Below, in pieces: positions 27,081-37,360 of a stretch of DNA of 64,000 nt. Both the position numbers and the translations under genes were made by a program. Source of the stretch: Saccostrea cucullata (lineage: Eukaryota); assembly GCF_032062105.1 (NCBI RefSeq), contig NW_026918140.1, positions 1 through 64,000 of the forward strand, written 5' to 3'. Numbering within the stretch: position 1 is the first letter of the stretch; each line of letters begins with the position of its first letter. Below the pieces are notes generated by a model that was not told the DNA's origin, did not search any database, and saw only the letters and a list, made by a program, of their open reading frames with translations.

Positions 27081-27638
27081 TTGAGTTACTGATAAACATT
27101 TATAAAATAAACGCATAAGAAAAAAATAATAATTTACCACTGTTGCTTTTTAATCATTTGTCTTTTTTATTTCAGGAATTAAAAAGATCTTGTTTGAAGA
27201 AAGTTTGCGCTCATGTGTTTTGTGTTTGTTGTTTTACAACGTTTTATCATAAGGTCTACATGGTGCATAATCTACAGTTTTTTTTAAATGTACAGGTGAA
27301 TTTGTGAAACAAACAAATGTGAATTTTCAGGGTCTTTAGTTTCATTTTTTGAAACAAAATATTTTTTTCAAAGTTTAAAGTGTTTAAGAAGATTATTGCG
27401 TAGTTTGCTTGGGAAAACAGTTTATTTTAGGTCACTTCTTAATGAATGTAAACGACATTCTTATGTAACTTCACGATACAGACTCCTTCATTCATAATCA
27501 ACAAACGCGTAATTGATTAGAAAGTTTAAACAACCCGTTTGAAATTAAGGATAAAGTTTGGAATTTAAGGTGTTTCATTTACTTAGACATGCAAACTTCA
27601 ACACACAGCTATTTCTGGAACAATTCTATCCTAAATCA

Positions 27639-27863
27639 TTATGTTCCCCAAACGAAGTTGGGGAACATATTGTTTTTACTCTGTTTCTTATTAAGGTCTT
27701 CCGTCTTCAGCGGAAGACCTTTCTGTTATTCTTAGGTTTCTTTTCCACAGTTTTTATTATTTTTTTTCTTACATATTTTGTGCACGCGAGTTCTCGAAAA
27801 CGCCTTGATCGATTTTCATGAAACTTTCAGGAATGATAGAACATCAAAAAATCTAGATATATA

Positions 27864-27894
<31 letters not shown>

Positions 27895-29737
27895 CGGAGA
27901 TTTCTGCGATTTTGTCATTTTTAGAGGGTCACTTTGTCCGGCAATGTTCTCAAAAACCATTGAAGATAGAAGTGTGAATTTTTGAGGGATGCTAGAGCAA
28001 ACTTTGGAGAAGTGCCTTTTGTATATCACAACTACCGGAAGTACGAAGCGCCGACGCTCGCTATGGCCCGAAAATAGACCTATCGCGAATTTCAAAATTT
28101 TTAACATCTTTTCTACGATAGCTTTATACCTGGAAATATTTTGTTAAAACATATAGAACAAAAGAAGTGTAGAATTCCAAGATCTTTCAAATGATATCTT
28201 GTAAAAAGGGCTGGCCCCTTAAATTAAGGGCCTAGAGGGGTCAAAAGATTTTTCTTTATATCTCAAAAAGTATCGAGAATTTGTAATACATCAAAGAAGC
28301 AAAGTTGTCCAAAATGTTAAGCTTAATCTTTTGGCGTCTTCAAAATACGTCCGGCGTCGTCACTTCCGGCAAAACCGGAAGTGGTCGGAAAACGCGTATT
28401 TTTGCCGAGCTTGGAAAGTTTTTGGGTAACATATGTCTCTGGGAGCATAAAAATTAATTTTCCGTCCGTCGTCGTCACTTCCGGTCAAACTGGAAGTAGC
28501 AAAAAATGGCTTATTTTTGCATTAATTAACATAGGTTTAGATGATTCAACCCATTTTTTGGCGTTAATTCTCATTTTTGTTAAAAATGAAAGGTACTTCC
28601 GGTCGAACAGGACGGAAGACCTACTCGTTGCTTTGCAACGAGCTTTGCTCTAGTTATTATTATTTTTCTTCTTCTTCTTCCTGGGTACTTTTTTGTCCGG
28701 GAATGATCTTGTAAACTGTTCATCCGATGTAGGTAAAATATTTTTAGGGTAAGTAGACATGTTATGAAGATTTGCGGAATGAAGGTCATTTTGCCCGCAC
28801 GTGCTTGCAAGAGCGTGCACGTGCAACACGTAAAATGACCAATATAATCGATATAGCGGCAACGTTTTTATTTTTTGATGAATTGCTTTGAAACTCATAA
28901 TAAGAGGATATATTAGTAGTATAGACATGATGACATGGTCAAAATAGCAAGATCTCACGCGCTTGCACGTGCGCTTCGCTCTGATTGGCTGAAACTAAAG
29001 TCTCAATATCTTTCTTGTTTCTTGACATAATCCTTTGAAACTTTGAACATAGTCCTACATTATAAAGATCTACAGCCTGATATATAAGAATTTTCAAGAA
29101 AGCATGCGCATGCACGTGTGCTGCAATCTGATTGGCTGAAACTTTATATAGCTATAACTCCCTTGGTTTTCAACCAAACAGGATGGAATTTGGAACATAG
29201 ATTAGATATAATGGACTTCTACAAGAAGGTATGGTCACCATGCACATACATACACATGCGTGTACGTGCGCTGCAATCTGATTGGCTGAAACTTTAAACA
29301 GCTATAAGTCCCTTGGTTTTCAACCAAACGGGGTGGGATTTAGAACATAGATAGATGTAATGGACTTTTACAAGAAGGTATGGTTACCATGCTCATGTAT
29401 GCACATGCGTGCACGTGAAATGAGTAAAATCAAAAATACACTTGAATGAGCGTATTTTTTAATACTTTTGGATTAAATACTTTAATATTTAGTATATTTA
29501 AATATATAGATTGTATAGGCAAGATGATATGGTTATTACGCACATGCATTCACATACACATGCGTGCAATGCTAAAATTTGAATGAACTTGGTACACTTC
29601 TGGGTAAACGTTGGTAAAGTCTCAAATGCATCGAGTTTGTCTTATTTAATGAAGTTTACAGGGAATATGGCACCAAAAGGGAGTTGGGGAGCGTTTGGGG
29701 AACATCTGTAACGGTCCCCGTTACAATTAGCACTAGT
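27639..29737 (+). mobile_element. Non-autonomous Helentron-like element (outer) with internal ~130-bp tandem repeats
   Basis: 5' subTIR/IR tgttccccaaacgaagttggggaaca, 3' subTIR cgtttggggaaca, hairpin tgtaacgg-tcc-ccgttaca, end ctagtt. Repeats of gcacgtgcgct..ctgattggctgaaact at 28965-29420. Confidence 0.7.
27693..28654 (+). mobile_element. Non-autonomous Helentron-like element (inner, nested)
   Basis: 5' aggtcttccg..cggaagacct, 3' gacggaagacct plus hairpin ctcgttgc-ttt-gcaacgag plus ctagtt. It interrupts the outer element at ttcttatt|attattttt. Confidence 0.7.
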
Positions 29738-30314
29738 TTGACTTGATATTGTTCTCAAATGTTCAATGTATTACTTCGAATTAGAAAAATGAGTGTTTAA
29801 ATTACGAATAAGGTTTAACTCAAGCATTTTTTTGGAATGGAAAATACATGCACTTTAAGGAAAATATAAAGAAACAAAGTTCCTTTAATGTTTTTCTCTC
29901 ATTTTTGATCATTCAAGATTGGTCAACAAGCCCAAAACATTTTGCATATCCAATGAAAGAAAGTGAAGGCATTGGACAGCGATCAATGTCAAAAACAATT
30001 CAAACAGTAAAATTCAAGAGAACATGGCGTGAATATGGACTCCTGGAAATCGGGTTTCTAGGAGAGTAAGCATCCCTTGTTGATCGTTCACCACGCCATG
30101 AGGACTATGTAATTATTCAGGTAGACAGAAAATTCAGTCAAAATTAGTATAAAACAAATACTTGCAAATTGGTATGAATCCCAAATTGCGACCAAGTGAT
30201 AACTCATATTTTCTGATACGTTCATTATAATGACCATGCATCGAATTGACGAAATCTAGATTTAAAACGAGATCCATTTAATATCATCTTACACATGCAT
30301 GTGTAGGTAGCCCG

Positions 30315-30530
30315 TAAAGTGATTTCCTGATAGTAGTACAACAACTGAATCACTTTAGGTAAAAATAATATATTTATTATAAACAATTGATTGGAGAAAT
30401 ACAACAAAATCAGGGAGCTCTCAAATCATGGCCTGCACCTGGCTTGGCGGAAACGCGGGAAGAGAGCGAGATATAGGCTTCCGAGCCCGAACCCAATTCC
30501 AAATTAAAAACACCCCCCAAATACACTACA
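30315..30530 (-). repeat. 3' LTR (TGTAG...CTTTA), with AATAAA at 30373-30378
   Basis: Direct repeat of 33266-33481, preceded on the minus strand by the polypurine run GGGGGGGAA (30531-30539). Confidence 0.93.
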
Positions 30531-30939
30531 TTCCCCCCCATTTTGTGGAGGAATGTCCCAATTCCGACAAAGTGGAGGCCATTTACAATATAAAATCACA
30601 TAACACTTTTACACAAAAAAGATAATTACCTCCTGTAATGTACAACGAACAAGCTAATTACATGATAAAATATTCACAAAATATCTTTTAAACATTGACT
30701 GTCCAAATCATGATCACGATTGGCTCTATACAAAGAAACAGTTCTCCACAGTTCTTCCTGACCATCTGCTACTGGCGGTATTGGCGAACACGCCAGCACG
30801 GATCCTCCCTGGACTTCAAACACAGGACATCATCAGAAAATCTAGACTAGGACAGCAAGCATCAACTTAATCATAAAGGCAAAGAGTCACCTGATAATAG
30901 CCCCGCTCTAAGAGCAAGGGGCATGAATCTAGCATCTAA

Positions 30940-32988
30940 CTAGTCTGGTGGAATCGATTCCTCAAGCCCAGTACAATGACACTTTGTGGTTGTGCACATT
31001 GTTTGCCCCGGGCCTGCAGGGGCCTGGGGTCTATTCAGCGGCTCTGACTTGTCCTTACCAATGCCCGTAAGTCGTTCCGGGCACTCACGACGGAAATGCC
31101 CAGGCTGATGGCATTTAGAGCAACAACCTCTCCGGCGGTTTTGTTTGCGTTTCCAGGGGAAATCCTGTCCCTTGCCTTTGGGGTCTCTTTGGTCATGCCT
31201 ACCTCCTGACTTGACACCTGAATTTCCCCTCTGTGGCTTCCAATTTTTGGTCTTCCAGGACCCCTTACATGGAGCTTGTGGGGGAGACTTTTTCTCCACG
31301 CCTGACGGTGTACTGCCTAACGAGACAGAGCGCACAACTCTGTGTTGAGGCGTAAGGGCTTGACGGCTTAGCTGGTAAGTCTTTACTCTCCTCACAGCCT
31401 CATCCAAATTAACAGGGGGGCTGTCGATTAGCCGTCTGCCTGCGCGCACATCCGTGCAGCCCATCGCAAACCGCAGGACTGCTTGCTCCTGGAGCACTTG
31501 TCCCGATACTCTAGCCCCTAGAGCGCGTTGCGCGGTTTCCATGACACGGTCACCCCACTGCTCTAGACTCTCGTCAGTCCCTTGAGTCATGGAGTTAAAC
31601 TCCACTTGCGATGCGGCCTGCAATGTACCCTTTCCGAACCGTTGCTCGAATCGAGATGCTATCTCTTGAAAAGTCATATGCTCACCCCGTGAGGAGAGCA
31701 GGTAGAAATATCTCAGTGCTGGTCCCTCTACGGAGACACTGAGAGCCAACAGACTATCATCATCATCCCACCTATAATAGCGAGCCAACGTTCTAAATTT
31801 AGCGTAGAACAGACCCCACTCAAGGTCTCCAGTGTACCTAAGACTCTTGGCCTCTGCAGGGATAATACGCCAAAATCCTAGCGAGTCACTACGAGATGAA
31901 TCCAAGAGTATTCCAGGGCCCCCTAAGGGAGAACTTTCCCTGCCACAGAGAGGTGCAACTGATACATTACTCTCCTTTGGCCCAAGCTCCACAACTGCAC
32001 TCCCCAAAGTGACCACTGGCAAAGCCTTTATGCCTTTCTGACCCCTATCATACATCTGCCCCGATGCAGAACATGAGTGACTCAGAGTCCCGGGGGATTC
32101 CCTATTTGCATTTTCATATGCCTCCTGAGGCATAGCGTAATCGGACTTAACCGGAGTTAATGGAACTTGAAAACTAGAGAGGGGATCCCCCCAGGACACT
32201 GCCCCCTTACTGGTGTGTGACTGAGTCCTCATGATTGAGGGATGACTACCCCCATTCCCCTGACCAACACTCTGGCCAGGGGAAACCCTCAATGGATTAC
32301 CGCCATACCCACTTGAAAACAAGACTCTACACGGCCCCTCATTATTTCTCTGTCCCGATTGGCCCCCATATGAGAATACTACACTAGTGCTTGTACATGT
32401 AACCTGGGTGCTGCTGGGTACACTAGTTACACAGGTCGAACCACCCGACCTGGGGTTCCCTGTGGGGCTACTCAATGAGGTTACATTGTGCCTACTCACT
32501 GCAGTGTTCCTGTTTTTCTCCCTTGCATGAGATTCCAGGGAGTGGTTATCCCCTGACTTCCCTACCAGGATCTGGGTCAGTTGGGCTAATTGGGTCTGAA
32601 CTCCCTTTAACCATGCCAGAACCTGATCACTGCTCGGAGTAACCCCCAAGCTTTGATGTGGTCCACCCCCAGCTGTCCCAATGTCAGTGGCTGTATCCAT
32701 ACCCCGCCTATCATTAGTCTCCAGGGTAAGGGACATGTCTACCTCCCCAACCACAGTATTATTCTCACCCCCTCTACTGCCCGAAGTGCCAAATACTGGT
32801 GGTCTGAACGGAGTTAACCCAGATATTTGGTCTGCCCAACCCGGTTGAGAGCCACCCCGTGCATTTGCATTATGCCCCTGGGCCCATGCCAAACCACCCG
32901 GCCTAGCTACCTTGCCCCCCAGGACACCCATGCCACTCATGCGCTCAGGACTCTTAACCTGACCAAATAATTTTTTCTTCTCACTCAT
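30940..32988 (-). CDS. gag: Gag polyprotein, 682 aa: G/S-rich N-terminal half, capsid-like domain, CCHC zinc knuckle
   Basis: Uninterrupted GC-rich ORF. Ty3/Gypsy capsid-like segment YTGDLEW..F.AKF...A....W..L.VSVEGPA..F..RF..F.SMTQ..DESL..W.DRV. Knuckle CSKCHQPGHFRREC (CX2CX4HX4C). Confidence 0.9.
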   Translation of the reverse strand: MSEKKKLFGQVKSPERMSGMGVLGGKVARPGGLAWAQGHNANARGGSQPGWADQISGLTPFRPPVFGTSGSRGGENNTVVGEVDMSLTLETNDRRGMDTATDIGTAGGGPHQSLGVTPSSDQVLAWLKGVQTQLAQLTQILVGKSGDNHSLESHAREKNRNTAVSRHNVTSLSSPTGNPRSGGSTCVTSVPSSTQVTCTSTSVVFSYGGQSGQRNNEGPCRVLFSSGYGGNPLRVSPGQSVGQGNGGSHPSIMRTQSHTSKGAVSWGDPLSSFQVPLTPVKSDYAMPQEAYENANRESPGTLSHSCSASGQMYDRGQKGIKALPVVTLGSAVVELGPKESNVSVAPLCGRESSPLGGPGILLDSSRSDSLGFWRIIPAEAKSLRYTGDLEWGLFYAKFRTLARYYRWDDDDSLLALSVSVEGPALRYFYLLSSRGEHMTFQEIASRFEQRFGKGTLQAASQVEFNSMTQGTDESLEQWGDRVMETAQRALGARVSGQVLQEQAVLRFAMGCTDVRAGRRLIDSPPVNLDEAVRRVKTYQLSRQALTPQHRVVRSVSLGSTPSGVEKKSPPQAPCKGSWKTKNWKPQRGNSGVKSGGRHDQRDPKGKGQDFPWKRKQNRRRGCCSKCHQPGHFRRECPERLTGIGKDKSEPLNRPQAPAGPGQTMCTTTKCHCTGLEESIPPD

Positions 32989-33246
32989 AACTCAGGGACA
33001 ACTGACAACAACTAAAGATCAGCCCGACTTACTGCCCTACATGTAATACACTAATATATCACAATACAACTCACACAGAAAAATTGATTCACAAAAATAC
33101 ATAATCCAATCACTGATTTCTTGCAAATTTCATAACCTGATTCCATTCACCGCCGAAATAATTAATTTAAAACCATAATCACCTCCACGTGGCCTGACCG
33201 CGCGGCGTCCCCTGAGCGCCGCTTCGGTCTCGTAAGACCGTCAGAA

Positions 33247-33264
33247 ATCCTACCGGCGACGCCA
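33247..33264 (-). promoter_or_regulatory. Primer binding site, tRNA-Ser-like
   Basis: TGGCGTCGCCGGTAGGAT lies one base inside the 5' LTR and resembles the complement of tRNA-Ser 3' ends (TGGCG.AGTCGG.AGGAT). Confidence 0.75.
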
Positions 33265-33265
33265 A

Positions 33266-33481
33266 TAAAGTGATTTCCTGATAGTAGTACAACAACTGAA
33301 TCACTTTAGGTAAAAATAATATATTAATTATAAACAATTGATTGGAGAAATACAACAAAATCAGGGAGCTCTCAAATCATGGCCTGCACCTGGCTTGGCG
33401 GAAACGCGGGAAGAGAGCGAGATATAGGCTTCCGAGCCCGAACCCAATTCCAAATTAAAAACACCCCCCAAATACACTACA
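33266..33481 (-). repeat. 5' LTR
   Basis: Direct repeat of 30315-30530, adjacent to the PBS. Confidence 0.93.
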
Positions 33482-35250
33482 CCCGCCTTGATTTTAAAAC
33501 TCGCTCTACACTGAGCATGCTCTAGATCTTGTGTATCGAATTAGTTAGGAGAAATATGTTAGGAGATCAGAAAACTCGGTTCACGATAGAGGATGTAATT
33601 AATTGCCTAGCAGTTATTAGGAAATATTTCCATCAATATTTGACTTTATGATATGATCATTTGCTGACAAGGTGTTTGCATCGACCATAGAAATTGCGAA
33701 ATGATACCCTGTTTTAGAAATTGTTTGTAAGTAGAACATATTCTTGTGTATTGCCACAACTGAGATATATAGCCCCTAATGAAGATAAAAAGTTTATTAT
33801 GATAATAACCGAGTGAATTTTGCAACTGAAAAAATGAAGTAATCAAATCTTTATTGAATTTATGATATGCTTTATAATCTTTGTTAGTTAGGCCACCACT
33901 AACGTCTTGTCCTAGGAAATTATCTAGACATGAAAAAGATATCTCAAACATTGTAGTATTTCAAGATCACTGGAGTTTATCTAGTCGCCGTATGAATAAC
34001 AATTTTTTTATTGAAACGTTGTCTATATATATATATATCGACATTGAAGCCACAACAAGTGTTTCATCTTATCATGTTCTAGAATCTGAGTGAAATCAGC
34101 TTCATATGAAATCAGAAAATGAGTCAGTTTAATAGGGGAGCAAAAGGTACCCTTGGATATTCCCAGAAATTTTTGAAAGACCCGGTCTACAAAAACTACA
34201 TACATTTGTAGATATTGTCAATCAGGATAACAAGGATCTTTTTAATATGAATTTTACATAAACTGTACCCGTGTCTTTAATCAAATAATGTGTTTAAACA
34301 AAATAATTTTCAAAAATAACCAAATCTTTTAACTTTTTTTGAGTTGTGAAGTCGAACACGTATATGCTAAAATTCTGAGCGGTATTCAAATCCTTTAATT
34401 TTTCTTGAATGATTCTATTTTTATTCACAGACTATTACAACACGTAAAAAGGCAAAAAAAAAAAAAAGAAGAATTAAGAAAATAAAAAATATTGCAAATA
34501 AATATGTAAAAATTTCAGACCATATTTAATTCGCTGACAAAATATATTTTTTGAATAATTGTTCTCGTTAAAGGACCGGGGATTCCTCAGTGAAACAGAA
34601 TATTTGGAATTTTTCAGAACTTGCGTATATGATAAAAGTATCAAACTCGTGAAAAATTTATTAAACCTAAAACCTTAGAAAATAGTCAAATAAGATTAGC
34701 ACAATTGTTCATCGCAGTCTAAATACAATATATGCATTTGTTTTATCTTCGTGGACACCGTTTACTTAATAGGCGTTTATTAAAACATTTACATGCAATG
34801 TTTTGTTGTGAACGTCTCCGACTTTTTTTTACAGACTATAAAGTTGTTAATGAATATTAAAGAAACTTGATTGCTTTAACATCTCTAAGACATTATTTTG
34901 CAGCAAGTGTTCTATAAAGACATGTGTATAACACCAGTCTCGGACACATGTACGGTACTTTATTTAAAGTGTATTGATATATTGATTTGCATGATTACAG
35001 TCTTTTACATGGCTTTTCCTTTATTCTACATTACCCAGTAATTTCACAAAGGAAAAAGTTGTTAAGGGTGATAATATTGATATATTTACTGAGTGAAAAA
35101 CAAACCTTTTAAAAAAATTAAATATATATATTTAAGATATTTCTTTTATTAAAAAGATAAAATAAAACGAATATAAAAATATAAATATCCAAACAATGCA
35201 TAAATAGATAAAAAAGTGTAAAAAAAAATCATAGAATAGAATCATAGATG

Positions 35251-36284
35251 TTAATCATTTTTAAAGTCAACACATATCTTGTCTATCGGACTGAATATTC
35301 TTGGTTTTCCGTCAGAAGCGCGTTGACATCGACTTTGGAAGACCACGCGTTCGTCCTTACATACGACAAATTCTGGTGATCCCTCTCGCCCTTTCCACGG
35401 ATTCAACCCATCCGGTGATCCTTTACAGCTGGGAAATCGCACGTGACACGGAATACAGTGAGCTGATTTGCATTGATTTTCTTCATATTCACCTGAAATA
35501 GAAACAGGCTAGAGGTAACAAATTGTATGCAATAATCATGGCTCGGTTTAAAATTCTTAGCAATTCATTATCTTATACTACATAGTAATCGAAACATGAA
35601 TTACAATATTAAGAAAATTGTAAGATTGGATATTTTTCATTGTGTCACATTTTGAAAATTGGAATTGGTCTATCATTATTATTAGTTAAAGAGAGCTACT
35701 TACATGCATCTTTAGGTTCGTATCGATTTCCACACTGAACTGTGCTGTAGTGGTGGCATCTCTGAGATTTCTCATCGAACAGAAGTGGATAAGGACATTC
35801 CTTGACCCTTGACTGAGCTGTCTTTCCCGACGGTGACTTTTTTGTTTCACAGTCCTTATATTTAGCACAGCTATTAGCATCAACGAACTTCTCGTCAGAA
35901 TGCAACGCACAGATTCCTTGAGTTTTTTGGAGTATCTTTACACCTAGAAACAGAACCATAAATGTTTAAATTTATCATTAGTTTACTATTACAGTGCTAA
36001 CTTCGTCCTTATAATGACAGTATTTTAGCCCATTTACGAAAATAAGAAATGCCCCTCTTACATGTATCTTGTGTTGATCCTCTTGGAACACACGATCGCG
36101 TGGTAGGGTTAATTACGTAATCCTCTGGACACTTAAACAGAAACTCGTGTCCATCTTTAACGATATAGAATTTAGTGCAATCTTCTGGATCCACCCTGAA
36201 ATCTAAGTCTGTTCTCTGTAGGGTTGCTGAATCTGCTAAAAACCAGAATGTCGCATAAAAGATCGAAAATAAAATTGCATTCAT
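35251..36284 (-). CDS. Secreted chitin-binding (CBM14) protein, paralog 3; exons 36284-36062, 35943-35704, 35492-35251; 234 aa
   Basis: Signal peptide MNAILFSIFYATFWFLADS. Motifs DPEDCTKFY, NSCAKYKDC..ECPYPLLFD, PSCKGSPDGLNPWKGREGSP. Phase-1 introns. 705 nt in frame. TATA-like run at 36379-36386. Confidence 0.88.
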
Positions 36285-36704
36285 GACTTGTCTAACACCA
36301 GTAGAAAGTTTTAAGAAAGCAATCTTTCGATTCTGATGAATTTCAAATTTGATTACCCATCTGGATGTCTACACATAATATATATAAGAATATACATCCC
36401 ACGTTATTTGCAGGTTTGTGAGGCGTGTGGTTAGCGAATAAATGATTTTTGTTTATTAAGTGAGTAGGTGCTACTTATAGAACCAATGAAAGGATGAGTA
36501 AGTGTTCACTCTCTTTTGCTAATGAAAGGGAACTGTGAAATTCCGACTCTGTTAATTTTTCACCTTGTATACCAGTGTAGGAATTTTAGGTGTTTTCTTT
36601 TTATCGGCACGATTTTGGCCACGTTGATAATGGTCTATTTATTGACTCCTTGGTCTCTCAGTTTGTTTCCGCTGTCTTGAAATTTGAAAATTACAATCTT
36701 TGTT

Positions 36705-37360
36705 TTTATGTCATCATTTCATAAGTTCTATGGTCGATGCACTGACCTTGTCAGCAAATACAAATTTATCATTGAGTCAAATGCTGACTGACCTTTTTTT
36801 ATACTAATTATTAGTCCATAATTCATACACTGAATTGATGACGGATTTTTTTCTTTTATTTCCCGATCATGACAGGGAGCACACGGCGGGTGTGACTTGT
36901 CGGCAAGGGATGCTCTCTAGTCCATGACACTTGATCCCAACTCTGATGTTTTGGAGGTCTGTGTTTGCTCTGCTCTTATTATACCCCCCGCTTGAAAAGC
37001 GGGAGGGTATATAGTAATCGTTAATTCCGTCAGTCCGTCTGTACGTCCGTCCGTCCGTCCGTCTGTTACGCTTTGGGGTACCCAACTCTTATCCACAACT
37101 CCTCTCATACCACTGAATGAAATTTGGTGAAACTTTCACAGAATCTTTATTACATATTGCCATTGTACACCTCCTATTTCACTTTTTGATCCGACAAATA
37201 TTTTGGGTTTCCCGGCCACAGGAAAACATGGACTTTTTCACCAGTTATAACCATACGGGATGCGGGGGGTATCGTTTAGTGAGCTCCTGGCTGACAGTAC
37301 CTCTAGTTTTGTATTGTTTCATGGACTTTTGATCTTGAATACTGTTTGTTATCTCCATAT
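36705..37360 (+). mobile_element. Naiad-type PLE 3' fragment interrupted by a HINE
   Basis: The family 3' sequence breaks at tctgctctt (~36978) and resumes at tttgtattgtttcatggac (~37307). Confidence 0.7.
36980..37305 (+). mobile_element. Non-autonomous Helentron-like (HINE/DINE-1-like) element
   Basis: 5' palindrome ataccccccgcttgaaaagcgggagggtat, (GTCC)n microsatellite, 3' subTIR cggggggtat plus hairpin plus ctagtt; inserted at a T-rich site. Confidence 0.72.

Larger units (their letters stand above)
30315..33481 (-). mobile_element. Gag-only (non-autonomous) Gypsy-type LTR retrotransposon, 3167 bp
   Basis: 216-bp LTRs at 30315-30530 and 33266-33481 with one mismatch, 4-bp TSD CCCG (30311-30314, 33482-33485), PBS, PPT, and a single gag ORF. 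Confidence 0.92.
30015..34450 (-). mobile_element. Old Naiad-type PLE remnant interrupted by the LTR element (30015-30310 and 33486-34450)
   Basis: Degenerate 3' motif on the left flank; FQK..GI.KGT.C.P and SYEADF remnants on the right flank. Confidence 0.55.

Noticed and set aside
30531-30939. pol or env downstream of gag
   Set aside because: Too short, with no D(T/S)G, YxDD or integrase motifs seen.
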